Positions 1 to 9,920 are shown, counted from the stretch's first letter. The stretch is 64,000 nucleotides of DNA from an uncultured Bacteroidaceae bacterium (GCA_964538375.1 CAZIFQ010000015.1:13425-77424), one strand, 5' to 3'. Made by a program: numbers and translations. The notes: generated by a model not told the origin, from the sequence alone.

Positions 1-1501
1 AACCGATACTTGGCTCATCCAGAATATATAATGATCCTACTAAACTACTTCCCAGTGATGTAGCCAGGTTAATTCTCTGACTCTCCCCTCCCGAAAGTGT
101 AGATGTGAGGCGGTTTAAAGTGAGATAACCCAGTCCAACATTATTTAAGAAACGAAGTCGTGACTTTATCTCGGTAAGCAACCTTAAAGCCACCTTCTGC
201 TCATGTTTATTTAGAACCAGCTCATCGAAGAAACTTTCCAGCTCAGATACCGGTATCTTAACAAGGTCAGCAATTGTATTGTCATGTATTTTCACATAGT
301 GTGCTTCCTTTCGAAGTCTTGAGCCCCCGCATTCGTAGCAAATGGTCTTACCCCTGTACCTCGATAGCATCACCCTATATTGTATCTTATATTTCTTTTC
401 GTCTAAATATTTGAAAAATGCATCGAGCCCTTTGAAATGCTTGTTCCCTTTCCATAATAACAAACGCTCCTCATCACTCAACTCGAAATATGGCTTATGA
501 ATTGGGAAATTAAACTCCTCTGCTTTCAGGATCAGACGGTCTTTCCATTTCCTCATCTTCTCCCCTTTCCAGCATACCACAGCATCATCGTAAATCGACA
601 GTTCTTTTCGAGGGATCACTAAATCTTCATCGATTCCTATCACCATCCCATACCCTTCACACACGGGACAAGCTCCAACAGGATTATTGAAACTAAAGAG
701 ATGCTCGCTCGGTTCTTCAAAAGTGATACCATCCAATTCAAAGCGAGTAGAGAATTCAGTCACAGATTTTGTTTTTGGATTCCAAATGCCACAGTGGCCA
801 CGTCCAATTTGAAATGCCGTTTGAATACTATCGCCGTAACGACTTATACTCTCCTCATCTTTGCTAACTGCTATCCGGTCTACCACCAGCTGCAGTGTGC
901 TTATGCTAGTATCATTTTTGATATTTTCGAGTTCCACAATATTTCCCTGATACAAGGCGCGTGTCATCCCCTGCTGGGTAAAGAGGTCAAGCTGGTAACT
1001 TACTCCACGATCCTTGTGCAGGCATACTGTTGACAATATCACGAGTTTTTCGCCAGGCGTTCCGGAAATAATATAATCTACCACGTCCGACACGGTATGG
1101 CTCTTAACTTCCTTTCCTGATATTGGAGAGATTGTCTTCCCAATTCTGGAATAAAGCAGTTTCAGGTAGTCATAAATCTCAGAAGTAGTACCTACTGTTG
1201 AACGTGGATTTCGAGTATTTACCCTCTGTTCAATGGCAACTGCGGGGGGAATACCATGAATGTAATCCACATCCGGCTTGTCAATTCGACCTAAAAACTG
1301 TCGGGCATAGGCCGACAAACTCTCTACGTAACGACGTTGACCCTCAGCGTATAAGGTATCGAATGCAAGGGAGGATTTTCCAGAACCTGAGACCCCGGTT
1401 ATTACCACCAGCTTATCCCTTGGAATGGCTATATCTATGTTTTTCAGGTTGTGAACTCTTGCCCCCTTCACAAAAATTTCCTGGTCATAACTTCTTGGCA
1501 T
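1..1501 (-). CDS. uvrA: Excinuclease ABC subunit UvrA (N-terminal ~500 aa; continues beyond left edge)
   Basis: Minus-strand ORF open to the window edge, so it is not in the supplied track. My translation from the ATG at 1499-1501 reads [71 protein letters not shown] (Walker A). It continues with [41 protein letters not shown] (zinc module) and [32 protein letters not shown] (ABC signature plus Walker B) at position 1. Confidence 0.9.
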   Translation of the reverse strand, partial: MPRSYDQEIFVKGARVHNLKNIDIAIPRDKLVVITGVSGSGKSSLAFDTLYAEGQRRYVESLSAYARQFLGRIDKPDVDYIHGIPPAVAIEQRVNTRNPRSTVGTTSEIYDYLKLLYSRIGKTISPISGKEVKSHTVSDVVDYIISGTPGEKLVILSTVCLHKDRGVSYQLDLFTQQGMTRALYQGNIVELENIKNDTSISTLQLVVDRIAVSKDEESISRYGDSIQTAFQIGRGHCGIWNPKTKSVTEFSTRFELDGITFEEPSEHLFSFNNPVGACPVCEGYGMVIGIDEDLVIPRKELSIYDDAVVCWKGEKMRKWKDRLILKAEEFNFPIHKPYFELSDEERLLLWKGNKHFKGLDAFFKYLDEKKYKIQYRVMLSRYRGKTICYECGGSRLRKEAHYVKIHDNTIADLVKIPVSELESFFDELVLNKHEQKVALRLLTEIKSRLRFLNNVGLGYLTLNRLTSTLSGGESQRINLATSLGSSLVGSLYILDEPSIG

Positions 1502-1653
1502 AAAATTTGCGGCTTTTTTGACTAATTGCAATAAACAAAGGTAACACATTTTGTAAAAAGATTTATTTTCGCTTGATTTGCATATCAATTTGACGTTTAA
1601 CTAATAAAATTGCCTATAGAGAGACTTTTACGCTGAACCAACACAGAATTAGT

Positions 1654-2244
1654 TTGAAAACAAATAAACTTAGCGACCAGGAATTGGTGGCAGCGTTTCT
1701 CAATGGGGATGAGTTGAGTATCGAGACATTGATTAATCGTCATAGAAGCAAAGTCTACACATATATTTATCTCACAATTAAGAACCACAGTCTGGCTGAA
1801 GATCTTTTTCAGGAGACTTTCATTAAGGTTATTCAATCATTGCGCGCCGGAAAGTACAAAGACAATGGAAGATTTCTTTCATGGGTCATTCGTATTGCTC
1901 ATAATCTGATTATTGATCATTTCAGAAAGGAGAAGCAGATGAATTCCATATCGAATGACGATTCTGAATTAGATTTGCTCAACAATAAGAAGTTGGCAGA
2001 TGATAATATTGAAGATATACTGGTGAGTGATCAGATACGGGAAGATGTCAGGAAACTGATCAATGAATTACCTGAAGATCAGCGTGAAGTTGTTTTGATG
2101 CGGCATTTTGGAGGAATGAGCTTCAAGGAGATTGCAGAGCAGACCGGTGTAAGCATAAATACAGCCCTGGGCAGAATGCGTTATGCATTAATAAACCTGA
2201 GGAAAATGATCAAAGAGAAAGACCTTTCTCTCACCGTGATGTAA
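1654..2244 (+). CDS. RNA polymerase sigma-70 family factor, ECF-like (196 aa, TTG start)
   Basis: The N-terminus LSDQELVAAFLNGDELSIETLINRHRSKVYTYIYL is region-2-like. FLSWVIRIAHNLIIDHFRKE matches the -10-recognition helix. LPEDQREVVLMRHFGGMSFKEIAEQTGVSINTALGRMRYALINLRK is a region-4 HTH. Confidence 0.85.
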   Translation: MKTNKLSDQELVAAFLNGDELSIETLINRHRSKVYTYIYLTIKNHSLAEDLFQETFIKVIQSLRAGKYKDNGRFLSWVIRIAHNLIIDHFRKEKQMNSISNDDSELDLLNNKKLADDNIEDILVSDQIREDVRKLINELPEDQREVVLMRHFGGMSFKEIAEQTGVSINTALGRMRYALINLRKMIKEKDLSLTVM

Positions 2245-2309
2245 TTTTTTATTACCATTATACAATAATAGGTATGTGACAGCGTTTTCTATTTGAAAAC
2301 CTAAACCTC

Positions 2310-2501
2310 TTGTTGCCTATGGTAAAAAACTCTACCCTTTTTTATCTGGTAGATGATATTAATCTGACATCAGATATCTTATTATCAACAACAGTTTACA
2401 CTTTATGGGATGAAAAAGTAGATTCTATGCTCAACATGTTAGAGTATGATCCAGGAGAAAACCTAGTAAGTCAGACCTTACACCGAGCAAATGTTGAATA
2501 A
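2310..2501 (+). CDS. Small hypothetical protein (63 aa, or 60 aa from the internal ATG); uncertain
   Basis: This is the only ORF between the sigma gene stop (2244) and the terminator hairpin (2504-2534). No recognisable motif and no TM segment. Confidence 0.25.
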   Translation: MLPMVKNSTLFYLVDDINLTSDILLSTTVYTLWDEKVDSMLNMLEYDPGENLVSQTLHRANVE

Positions 2502-2503
2502 GT

Positions 2504-2534
2504 AAAAAAAACCGCTTTAGAAGCGGTTTTTTTT
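2504..2534. terminator. Bidirectional rho-independent terminator shared by the sigma/small-ORF unit (+) and rsmE (-)
   Basis: The sequence is aaaaaaa-ACCGCTT-tag-AAGCGGT-tttttttt. It has a 7-bp GC-rich stem with an A-run upstream and a T-run downstream. The rsmE stop codon (2533-2535) abuts it. Confidence 0.8.
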
Positions 2535-3234
2535 ATTGATTTTTATTGAAGTAAACAGCAGAACAAGCTACAATTCCTGCAGTCTCTGTTCTCAAGCGGT
2601 AATCACCCAGGGAGATTTCCTCATAACCACGCCTCAATGCCATTTCTATCTCATTTTCACTAAAATCCCCTTCCGGTCCGATCGATACACTTACAGAATC
2701 AGGTAAGTTCATCTTCCAAAGATCTTGCTTCTCTCCGTCGATACAATGGGCAATCAGGTGTGCTTGAGCTCTGCTGGTGCTCAACCAGTCCTTAAATAGA
2801 ACCGGAGGGTGTATTACTGGCTTAAATGCCTTCATGGACTGCTTCATAGCAGACACCACGACCTTCTCAATCCTGTCTAAGCGGAGCACCTTTCGCTCCG
2901 ACCTTTCACATATTAATGGTGTGATGGAGCTTATACCTATCTCGGTTGCCTTTTCCAGGAACCATTCAAACCTGTCCATACTCTTAGTTGGTGCGATCCC
3001 AATATGCAATTCATAGGGTAAAGGATGATATCCTTCATGCTTCTTCCTAATTTGCAATTTGCAATTCTTTGAATTTCCATCGTAGATCGTTGCATCAAAA
3101 AATCCCCCCTCGCCATCGACGGCCCATACCTTATCTCCTTCCCTGGAGCGCAGTACTTTAATGCAATGTTGAGATTCCTGTTCGTCTAAGAGAAGCAGGT
3201 CCCCTTCAATTCCGGTAGCATAAAAAATATTCAT
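2533..3234 (-). CDS. rsmE: 16S rRNA (uracil1498-N3)-methyltransferase RsmE
   Basis: MNIFYATGIEGDLLLLDEQESQHCIKVLRSREGD is an RsmE-type PUA-like N-terminus. GIAPTKSMDRFEWFLEKATEIGISSITPL and SIGPEGDFSENEI...LGDYRLRTETAGI match the SPOUT C-terminus. I prefer the internal ATG at 3234 over the track start at 3279. Confidence 0.85.
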   Translation of the reverse strand: MNIFYATGIEGDLLLLDEQESQHCIKVLRSREGDKVWAVDGEGGFFDATIYDGNSKNCKLQIRKKHEGYHPLPYELHIGIAPTKSMDRFEWFLEKATEIGISSITPLICERSERKVLRLDRIEKVVVSAMKQSMKAFKPVIHPPVLFKDWLSTSRAQAHLIAHCIDGEKQDLWKMNLPDSVSVSIGPEGDFSENEIEMALRRGYEEISLGDYRLRTETAGIVACSAVYFNKNQ

Positions 3235-3285
3235 TTGGTTTTTATATCCCTCAAAAATAGTAAATTCACAGGAGAACATAAGGAT

Positions 3286-3789
3286 ATGTACAAGATTGGT
3301 GTATTATCGGACACGCATGGCTTCCTGGATCCCAAGCTACTTGAATTTTTCAAGGAGTGTAATGAAATCTGGCATGCTGGAGATATGGGCAATACGAAGA
3401 TCGCTGATGAACTCGAGGCATTCAAACCCTTATGTGCTGTTTATGGAAACATTGACGGCAATGACATCCGCATCAGGCATCCTAAAGAGCAACGTAAAAC
3501 TGTCAAAGGTCTTGATATCTGGATGGTTCACATCGGTGGATATCCGGGAAACTACGACAGAGCTGTAAGAGAAAGATTGGCTGCCTCTCCTCCGGGCCTT
3601 TTCATTTCAGGTCACTCGCATATATTGAAAGTGATATACGATAAAAAACATAAGCTTTTACATATCAACCCGGGTGCTGCAGGCAGAATTGGAATGCACA
3701 AAGTCCGTACTGCCGTCAGATTCGGCATAGAGAACAGTAAAGTTACCGATCTTGAGATTATAGAGATAGGACCGAGATCAAGTTACTGA
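3286..3789 (+). CDS. Metallophosphoesterase, YfcE/MJ0936-like phosphodiesterase
   Basis: MYKIGVLSDTHGF, WHAGDMG, VYGNIDG and ISGHSHI are the ordered calcineurin-like metal-binding motifs. I prefer the ATG at 3286 over the track start at 3235, which would leave no room for the divergent rsmE promoter region. Confidence 0.8.
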   Translation: MYKIGVLSDTHGFLDPKLLEFFKECNEIWHAGDMGNTKIADELEAFKPLCAVYGNIDGNDIRIRHPKEQRKTVKGLDIWMVHIGGYPGNYDRAVRERLAASPPGLFISGHSHILKVIYDKKHKLLHINPGAAGRIGMHKVRTAVRFGIENSKVTDLEIIEIGPRSSY

Positions 3790-6700
3790 TTCATCTCAAA
3801 TTCATCCACCTCTTCAGGAGTCTCAGTATATTCAAATTTCTGAATAAATCTGCCTAAACGCTGACCCGATGCCTCAGAATAAACGTATTGCGGCAAACCA
3901 TCTTTTGCCTTCAATTTTCTTTTCTTGGTAGAAAGCTCATTGAATACCAGGTTAAAATCCGGATTAGAGGATAAGGCCTGAAGCACCCCGTTGCTGTAGG
4001 CAATGTAATACCATGTCCTGTTATCTGGCTTAAGATAAATATCAAATATATCTGCACCTTTATCTACAAACTCAATATACGCGTTCACCTTCTTATTGAT
4101 CTGTACACCTCCTATCATACCAATTCCAATTTTACCGTTGTACCTGAAAGAGTTAGTCTCCTGGTTCCATCTCAGGTAAACATCATTAAGAAAGATGGTG
4201 TAATTCAATTCTTCAGGAATCTCAGGATAATTGCCATAAAGTCCAAGGTCAGTTTCAAGCTTATCTGATATCTCCTCCCCGACCATATTTTTCATCCCCA
4301 GCTTATAAAAAGGTGTTGTCAAATCTACCGGCTCAAGGTCAGCCAAACTGTCAATTTCATTTCCAAATACCATCATTGCTTCAGGACTAAAGAAGAAATC
4401 CAGTCCCATAAGCATATGTATTTTCATTTCGTTACTATCAATATCGTGGACTACATCACCGGTAGTCATCATTTTCACACGACCAAAGTCAAGTTTCATG
4501 TCCAAATCTCCCTCACCATAAATCTTGCATGAATCTGTCTCCAACCTGAGGTAATTCCCTTCACTGCTCATATCCCGGAGCTTCGACTCTTTCGCAATCT
4601 CGTAATATTCTGTCTGCTTATCGTAAAAGAGAAATCCTCTGGGTGTAATGATATTCTTATCGTAAGGTCCTTTCCTTTCAGACAAAAATGCAGGATATGC
4701 ATGTGTAGAATCTCTTGCTATCATTGGACTGGCACTGATCGGATTTAGTGCATAGTTCTGGATATTCCTTACAACAGGAATAAGTATACTGTCGGGATTA
4801 ATCCTGGCTTCAAACTTCATCCACTGTTTATCTATATTACAGGCATGCGGTAACCTGACACCACCTGAAAAAGTAAACAGTGGATTTTCTGCATTCAACT
4901 TTATCTCTCCCATATATTCCATATAAGGACTCAGCATAAATTCATCCTCAGCTTCCACTTTCCCTGTACCCTGTGTTTCAAGGGATTTATCAACTTCAAC
5001 AGTGCTTAATAAGAAGGGGTATATAGTTCCATACTCATCGACGTAATCACACATAGCTGACCCTTTAAAATATTTGCTGGAACTAATTTCAACATCAGCA
5101 TTATACAGGTTATGATATCTTGAGGAAGTATTAGCCATTATCTTCGCCATTCTCAGCTGCGACATTATTGCTCTATCCAGGATCTCAACATCTCCTCCCG
5201 CTGGAAAGATATATGAATCCCCAACCTCTATAAATGGTACTTCATCTGCATAAATCCTTTTCTTCTGGTAATTAAAGATAGCCACAGGAGCAACAAAATT
5301 CAATGAATCCTGGTCTGCATGTCTGGAGAGGTAGGTAGGACCATTGATATTCAAAGAATCAATTCCAATATCGATCTGATTCTCAGGAATGGATTTATTT
5401 TGCGAGAGCTTCACTTCCTTCCTGTCCATGAACCAGTCTACCTGGTCAAGCCGCGTTTCATAGAGGTTTGAAGGAAATTCGATAAGCGTATAGTCTTCAT
5501 TCGCAACAAGGGTTCCTTCTCTTGATTTCAGATTCACATCTACAGATACATTATTTGTTATAAGTGTAAAATCATCCTGCATTCCTGGCCTGATTCTCAC
5601 ACCAGCCGAATCAGAGAATATACGGTGTGCTTCGAAATTAAGGCGATTAGATTCAATTACTCCATCCGGGACACCAATTGAGCCATTCCCAGATAATCCG
5701 GCAGGCCTCAGAGCCAGGTTGCCTCCAAACTTAGTACCATCGTTAAACATGCTAAAGACCTCATCAATCCGCTTAATCCTCATTAGATCATCTGCAGGAA
5801 TAAAGCTGATTTTTGTCTCCGTATTTTTAACTAAGGGATAACTGGTAGCTTCCAGCTTCTCCCGTTCAAGGAACTCACGTGATTTGGTAGTAATTGAGTC
5901 GGGATAAAACAGAAAATCATCAGACCAGGTAGTAGATGTAAGATAATCCATTGACCCATAACCATGTAGGCCATTACTACTCATCTCTATATCATTATAG
6001 AATGTGGCCTTACCGTTAAACAGGGGCATGCCCTCTTCGGGTGTTGTCATATAAAAACCAAGGGAGTTATCGGGTCTCAGAGACATTTCCATCTCCATTG
6101 GCGGCATAATATCTGCTGAGACAAATATTCCATCCATCCTCATTGCTGTCTTGGTAAAGTTGTCCAGGCTGTCAATAGAGAATGGCTCCAGTTCAAAATA
6201 GAATCTCTCCCGGTCATACATACCATCCTGAATACTATTCTCATCAAAATAGATATACGATTTCTCCCGACTGGTAAATACCGGGTAATCAGGATAATCT
6301 GCCAATCCTGATTTGTTGAAGGGAGCATCAATGAGTAGCTCACCTGTTATATTTTCAATCTTATTGTCAATATTGGTAAGCATATCCTGGCCATAACTAT
6401 TTCTCTCCCCGGTTTTAGCGCTTATAGAAAGTGAATCAATATTCTGAAGATTAATGAGAAAATAGTCGTATTCAAAAAAGAAATTCTGACCATAAAATTT
6501 GAACAGCCCCGCATCGATAACACCATCGAACTGAAAATTCCTGTTCCGTTTCATGATAATGCTGTTGTTGGTTGGCACTAACCTTACATTCTGTGAATCA
6601 CTCAGGAATATATTTTGTATTCCATTGATAGTTAAATCTTTGGTTTTCAGATCAAGAATAGCATTTTCCAATCCAGATGATGTATGTGATCTAAACCTGA

Positions 6701-8270
6701 TTACATCATAGTCCCGTCTCTGCATATAAGCATCAATGTAATCATACAATTTTGCCCTGACGGTTATTTCATCTTTTTCAAAGTCAAAGTATATGAAACC
6801 AAGCCTGGACAAATCCATCAAACGATGTCTCTCCTGGGAAGGATCAGTACCCATATATGCAGCATAAGAAAGAACAGGAAAATTGTCGATTCGAACCATT
6901 TGTGCGTAATTGTACAAATCTTCAAGTGGATTTGTATACTCCAATATATTTTGAAGACTATTATATACCTGATCGTTATAGAAATCGTATGATTCGAACC
7001 AGGCATTGCCCATTGAAGTTGCCTGTGCTGCCTGGAACTTTATCTCCTTCTCTTTCCTGTTCCAGCTCAATTCTGCAAAATTCATATCTATCTTGTGATA
7101 AGAATTGGTATATGGCCCTTGTGAATTGTAGTCCTCAGACTTTATTAATCTTAGGAGCTCATTATTAATATTATAATTCATAATTACATCAGGGTGGTAA
7201 ATTGAATCATCCTCTATATAAACATATGCTTCAGCATGATCAGTCATGATAGCTGAACTGCTGAATCGAAAAACATCTGACACCATTTTTGTTCTTAGCG
7301 TATCTTCATAAAAGATTTCAATAACGGCTTGTTTGCCTTCTTCTGTTGTACCTGCCAGGTGTGCGCCTTGCATCGACAGTCCTCCTGAATAATTTACTCC
7401 CGGTACAAAATCCTTCAGAACATAACTACTTTGGTAGGTAAAGAATTTAGGATACTTTACCTGTTGCCTGGTCTTAGCAAAACTTACTTTATCTTCTATT
7501 CTACCTAATACAGGAGTATCGAATAGCGTTTTATGACTTAAATAGGCGTTTTCTGAGGAGTATTCAGGAATGGTGAGGTTTATCTTGTAATTTACCAGGG
7601 TAGCAAAAGTCTCTTCCGGATTAAACCCGGCCTTGTCCCAGTAAACGGTTCCCTTATCCCCGGAAAAAGTAAGCTTCATCAGATCAACTGTTCCACTTAC
7701 ATCATATACTTTTATGCTATCATCCCTGGTGTAACAAAACAAGGTAGCTGATGTAACTTCAAGCTTCAGCGAGTCGGTGTAAACAAACCTGTACTGGGCA
7801 TCCTGCATCTTCCAGGTTAGCGATTTTGACCTGTAAAGTACTTCTTTATCAAGTATTTGTAAGGAGCTGTTTTGAAAGTTATTCATATCCTTCAGAAGCA
7901 ATTCTTCAGATTCAAGAAGGCTTCGATATCCGCTTAACCAATCTTTGTAACCAAGCTGTGTTTTATCTTCCACAAGAAATTCATTCAGAATAGCCAGGAA
8001 TTTTATGAAGTGCGGCTTTGCCTTAAATCGCTTCTGCCTTTTGATATCACAAAGTTGCATAATTTCAGTCCTGTCCTGTGGATTCATATCACTCCAGGAG
8101 GATTTAAACGCTTCATACACTGCCGCTTCGCTTTTATTAAGCCCAGCGCCAAATATAGCATCCAATTCGGTAATGAATTTGCCGGTGTCCTGGGAAAACT
8201 CGCTCATATTCTGAGCTTGAACAAAAGAAAATGAAATCGCCAGGGAAACGATCAGGATTAGCTTCTTCAT
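3783..8270 (-). CDS. Very large (1495 aa) secreted protein of unknown function
   Basis: Uninterrupted 4.5-kb ORF with the N-terminal signal peptide MKKLILIVSLAISFSFVQAQ. Composition is D/N/Y/F/S-rich and beta-like. I see no T9SS CTD, no TM segments after the signal peptide, and no catalytic motif. Confidence 0.85.
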   Translation of the reverse strand: MKKLILIVSLAISFSFVQAQNMSEFSQDTGKFITELDAIFGAGLNKSEAAVYEAFKSSWSDMNPQDRTEIMQLCDIKRQKRFKAKPHFIKFLAILNEFLVEDKTQLGYKDWLSGYRSLLESEELLLKDMNNFQNSSLQILDKEVLYRSKSLTWKMQDAQYRFVYTDSLKLEVTSATLFCYTRDDSIKVYDVSGTVDLMKLTFSGDKGTVYWDKAGFNPEETFATLVNYKINLTIPEYSSENAYLSHKTLFDTPVLGRIEDKVSFAKTRQQVKYPKFFTYQSSYVLKDFVPGVNYSGGLSMQGAHLAGTTEEGKQAVIEIFYEDTLRTKMVSDVFRFSSSAIMTDHAEAYVYIEDDSIYHPDVIMNYNINNELLRLIKSEDYNSQGPYTNSYHKIDMNFAELSWNRKEKEIKFQAAQATSMGNAWFESYDFYNDQVYNSLQNILEYTNPLEDLYNYAQMVRIDNFPVLSYAAYMGTDPSQERHRLMDLSRLGFIYFDFEKDEITVRAKLYDYIDAYMQRRDYDVIRFRSHTSSGLENAILDLKTKDLTINGIQNIFLSDSQNVRLVPTNNSIIMKRNRNFQFDGVIDAGLFKFYGQNFFFEYDYFLINLQNIDSLSISAKTGERNSYGQDMLTNIDNKIENITGELLIDAPFNKSGLADYPDYPVFTSREKSYIYFDENSIQDGMYDRERFYFELEPFSIDSLDNFTKTAMRMDGIFVSADIMPPMEMEMSLRPDNSLGFYMTTPEEGMPLFNGKATFYNDIEMSSNGLHGYGSMDYLTSTTWSDDFLFYPDSITTKSREFLEREKLEATSYPLVKNTETKISFIPADDLMRIKRIDEVFSMFNDGTKFGGNLALRPAGLSGNGSIGVPDGVIESNRLNFEAHRIFSDSAGVRIRPGMQDDFTLITNNVSVDVNLKSREGTLVANEDYTLIEFPSNLYETRLDQVDWFMDRKEVKLSQNKSIPENQIDIGIDSLNINGPTYLSRHADQDSLNFVAPVAIFNYQKKRIYADEVPFIEVGDSYIFPAGGDVEILDRAIMSQLRMAKIMANTSSRYHNLYNADVEISSSKYFKGSAMCDYVDEYGTIYPFLLSTVEVDKSLETQGTGKVEAEDEFMLSPYMEYMGEIKLNAENPLFTFSGGVRLPHACNIDKQWMKFEARINPDSILIPVVRNIQNYALNPISASPMIARDSTHAYPAFLSERKGPYDKNIITPRGFLFYDKQTEYYEIAKESKLRDMSSEGNYLRLETDSCKIYGEGDLDMKLDFGRVKMMTTGDVVHDIDSNEMKIHMLMGLDFFFSPEAMMVFGNEIDSLADLEPVDLTTPFYKLGMKNMVGEEISDKLETDLGLYGNYPEIPEELNYTIFLNDVYLRWNQETNSFRYNGKIGIGMIGGVQINKKVNAYIEFVDKGADIFDIYLKPDNRTWYYIAYSNGVLQALSSNPDFNLVFNELSTKKRKLKAKDGLPQYVYSEASGQRLGRFIQKFEYTETPEEVDEFEMNQ

Positions 8271-8303
8271 AGAATTTAAATTTTATACTCTATCAAATAT
8301 AAA

Positions 8304-8768
8304 TCAATTCCTCTTTCCTTTTTCAAAAATTATTGACAACCAATTGTTTTCCTGGAGAACGCTCTTAAAGATTAATCCGCAATCCTTTGCTTTCTCCAGA
8401 ATAATTTCCTTGTCCTGCGGAAGTATACCAGAAATGATAAGTGTTCCTTTGTACCTGAGTGAATCACAATAAGCTAACATATCATTCAACAAAATATTCC
8501 TGTTAATGTTGGCCAGAATTATATGAAACTGCTGGTCCTTAATTGCATTTACATCCCCCTTTTCAATGACCAGGTTGCTGCAGAGATTCACCTCTGCATT
8601 CTCAATACTATTTCTGACGGCCCAGTCATCAATATCAATACTCAATACTTTTTCACAGCCCAGCTTCGATGCCAGGATTCCAAGCACTCCGGTTCCACAG
8701 CCCATATCCAGCACTTCAGTAGAACTTACATCGCTCAGACCCGAAAAAGTATATTCCAGGTAGTTCAT
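8304..8768 (-). CDS. prmA: PrmA-like SAM-dependent methyltransferase, C-terminal catalytic half only (154 aa); possible gene remnant
   Basis: VLDMGCGTGVLGILASKLGCEKVLSIDIDDWAVRNSIENAE (motif I/II), ILANI and LIISGIL are colinear with the C-terminal ~150 aa of ribosomal protein L11 methyltransferase. The L11-binding N-domain and the FGTGxHxTT motif are absent. Only 28 bp separate this ORF from the tpiA stop. Confidence 0.6.
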   Translation of the reverse strand: MNYLEYTFSGLSDVSSTEVLDMGCGTGVLGILASKLGCEKVLSIDIDDWAVRNSIENAEVNLCSNLVIEKGDVNAIKDQQFHIILANINRNILLNDMLAYCDSLRYKGTLIISGILPQDKEIILEKAKDCGLIFKSVLQENNWLSIIFEKGKRN

Positions 8769-8796
8769 ATGTATGATGTATCTTTCCTATATTATA

Positions 8797-9546
8797 CTAG
8801 TAAGCATTAACAATTTGTATAAAATCATCTGCTTTCAGCGAAGCGCCGCCAATAAGTCCGCCGTCAACATCCGGATTTGCAAACAGTTCTTGTGCATTGG
8901 AGGGCTTACAACTTCCACCGTATAAAATAGTCATATTATCAGCTACAGTTGCATCAAACATCTCGACCAGGAGGTCTCTGATATATTTATGCATTTCCTG
9001 TGCCTGCTCAGGAGATGCAGTTACTCCTGTACCAATAGCCCAAACCGGCTCATAAGCAATAACTACATTTTTCATATCCTCAGCGTTCAGATCTTTAAGA
9101 CCGTCAAGAATCTGCCCTTTGATCACGTCGAAAAATTTTCCGCCTTCACGCTCTTCCAACACCTCTCCACAGCAGTAAATAGGTGATAGATTTTTTGAGA
9201 GTACGAGTTTAACTTTTTTGTTAAGTAATGCATTGTCTTCATTGTAATATGCCCTTCTTTCAGAGTGACCAAGTATCACATATTTTACTCCTGAGGAGAT
9301 AAGCATATCTGGAGAAATCTCTCCTGTGTAGGCACCACTTTCTTCTGAAGCGCAATTTTGTGCAGCCAGCTTCACCTCGCCAATTACCTCACTCACCTTG
9401 GCCAGGTGTATATATGGGGGAGCAATGATCATTGTTGCATCACTAGTTTTATTTTTTGCTGTTTCTTCAACTGCTTTTGCCAGTTCAAGTCCGTCGTGTA
9501 ACAAAGTGTTCATTTTCCAGTTACCGGCAACAATTTTTTCTCTCAT
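8797..9546 (-). CDS. tpiA: Triosephosphate isomerase
   Basis: VAGNWKMN, ILGHSERR and AYEPVWAIGTG contain the catalytic Lys, His and Glu motifs. GGASLK is near the C-terminus. Confidence 0.95.
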   Translation of the reverse strand: MREKIVAGNWKMNTLLHDGLELAKAVEETAKNKTSDATMIIAPPYIHLAKVSEVIGEVKLAAQNCASEESGAYTGEISPDMLISSGVKYVILGHSERRAYYNEDNALLNKKVKLVLSKNLSPIYCCGEVLEEREGGKFFDVIKGQILDGLKDLNAEDMKNVVIAYEPVWAIGTGVTASPEQAQEMHKYIRDLLVEMFDATVADNMTILYGGSCKPSNAQELFANPDVDGGLIGGASLKADDFIQIVNAY

Positions 9547-9860
9547 AATAGGTCTGTATTTTATGGTTTGAAATTAAGTAGGTAAAGATAGTAAAAAGTG
9601 AACAGAGTGAACTAGGCCGCGGGCTCTCCAAAAGAGATATTGCGCTGAGTGAAATAGACGATTAAACAGAATGCCCTGTTAAAACAAACGTACATTTAAT
9701 GCTATTGATGGACTATTGCAGATGAGAAAAGAAATTCGAAATGTTAAAACGAAAAACAATACTCCTTGGTTAACTACTGATTTATAATATGTTAAGCAAT
9801 AAGAATATAAATAACGCCCATCTGAAGAACCCGGGACTGTTTAGCAAAGTAAAAAAAGAT

Positions 9861-9868
9861 TAATTTTG
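9861..9868 (+). promoter_or_regulatory. Bacteroidota sigma-A type -7 box (TAATTTTG) for the hybrid kinase gene
   Basis: Exact TAnnTTTG match located 53 nt upstream of the ATG at 9921. Confidence 0.4.
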
Positions 9869-9920
9869 CATCTTTATGTATTCTATCTATCATATATAAC
9901 CTAATGGATCATAGACTCTT

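Noticed and set aside
701-1503. Track ORFs 701..1033 (+) and 1198..1503 (+)
   Set aside because: They are antisense to a clearly recognisable uvrA reading frame that fills 1-1501 on the minus strand. Their translations have no motifs and an odd composition (Cys/His/Trp-rich).
3235-3285. Extended N-termini of the phosphoesterase (3235) and RsmE (3279) ORFs, which would overlap each other divergently
   Set aside because: Both families start at the internal Met residues (MYKIGVLSDTHG and MNIFYA). The extended versions would leave no intergenic space for either promoter.
8304-8768. Calling the short prmA-like ORF a definite pseudogene
   Set aside because: The remaining frame is intact from an ATG through all post-motif-I methyltransferase elements, with no internal stops. 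It is kept as a CDS with a truncation flag rather than labelled a pseudogene.
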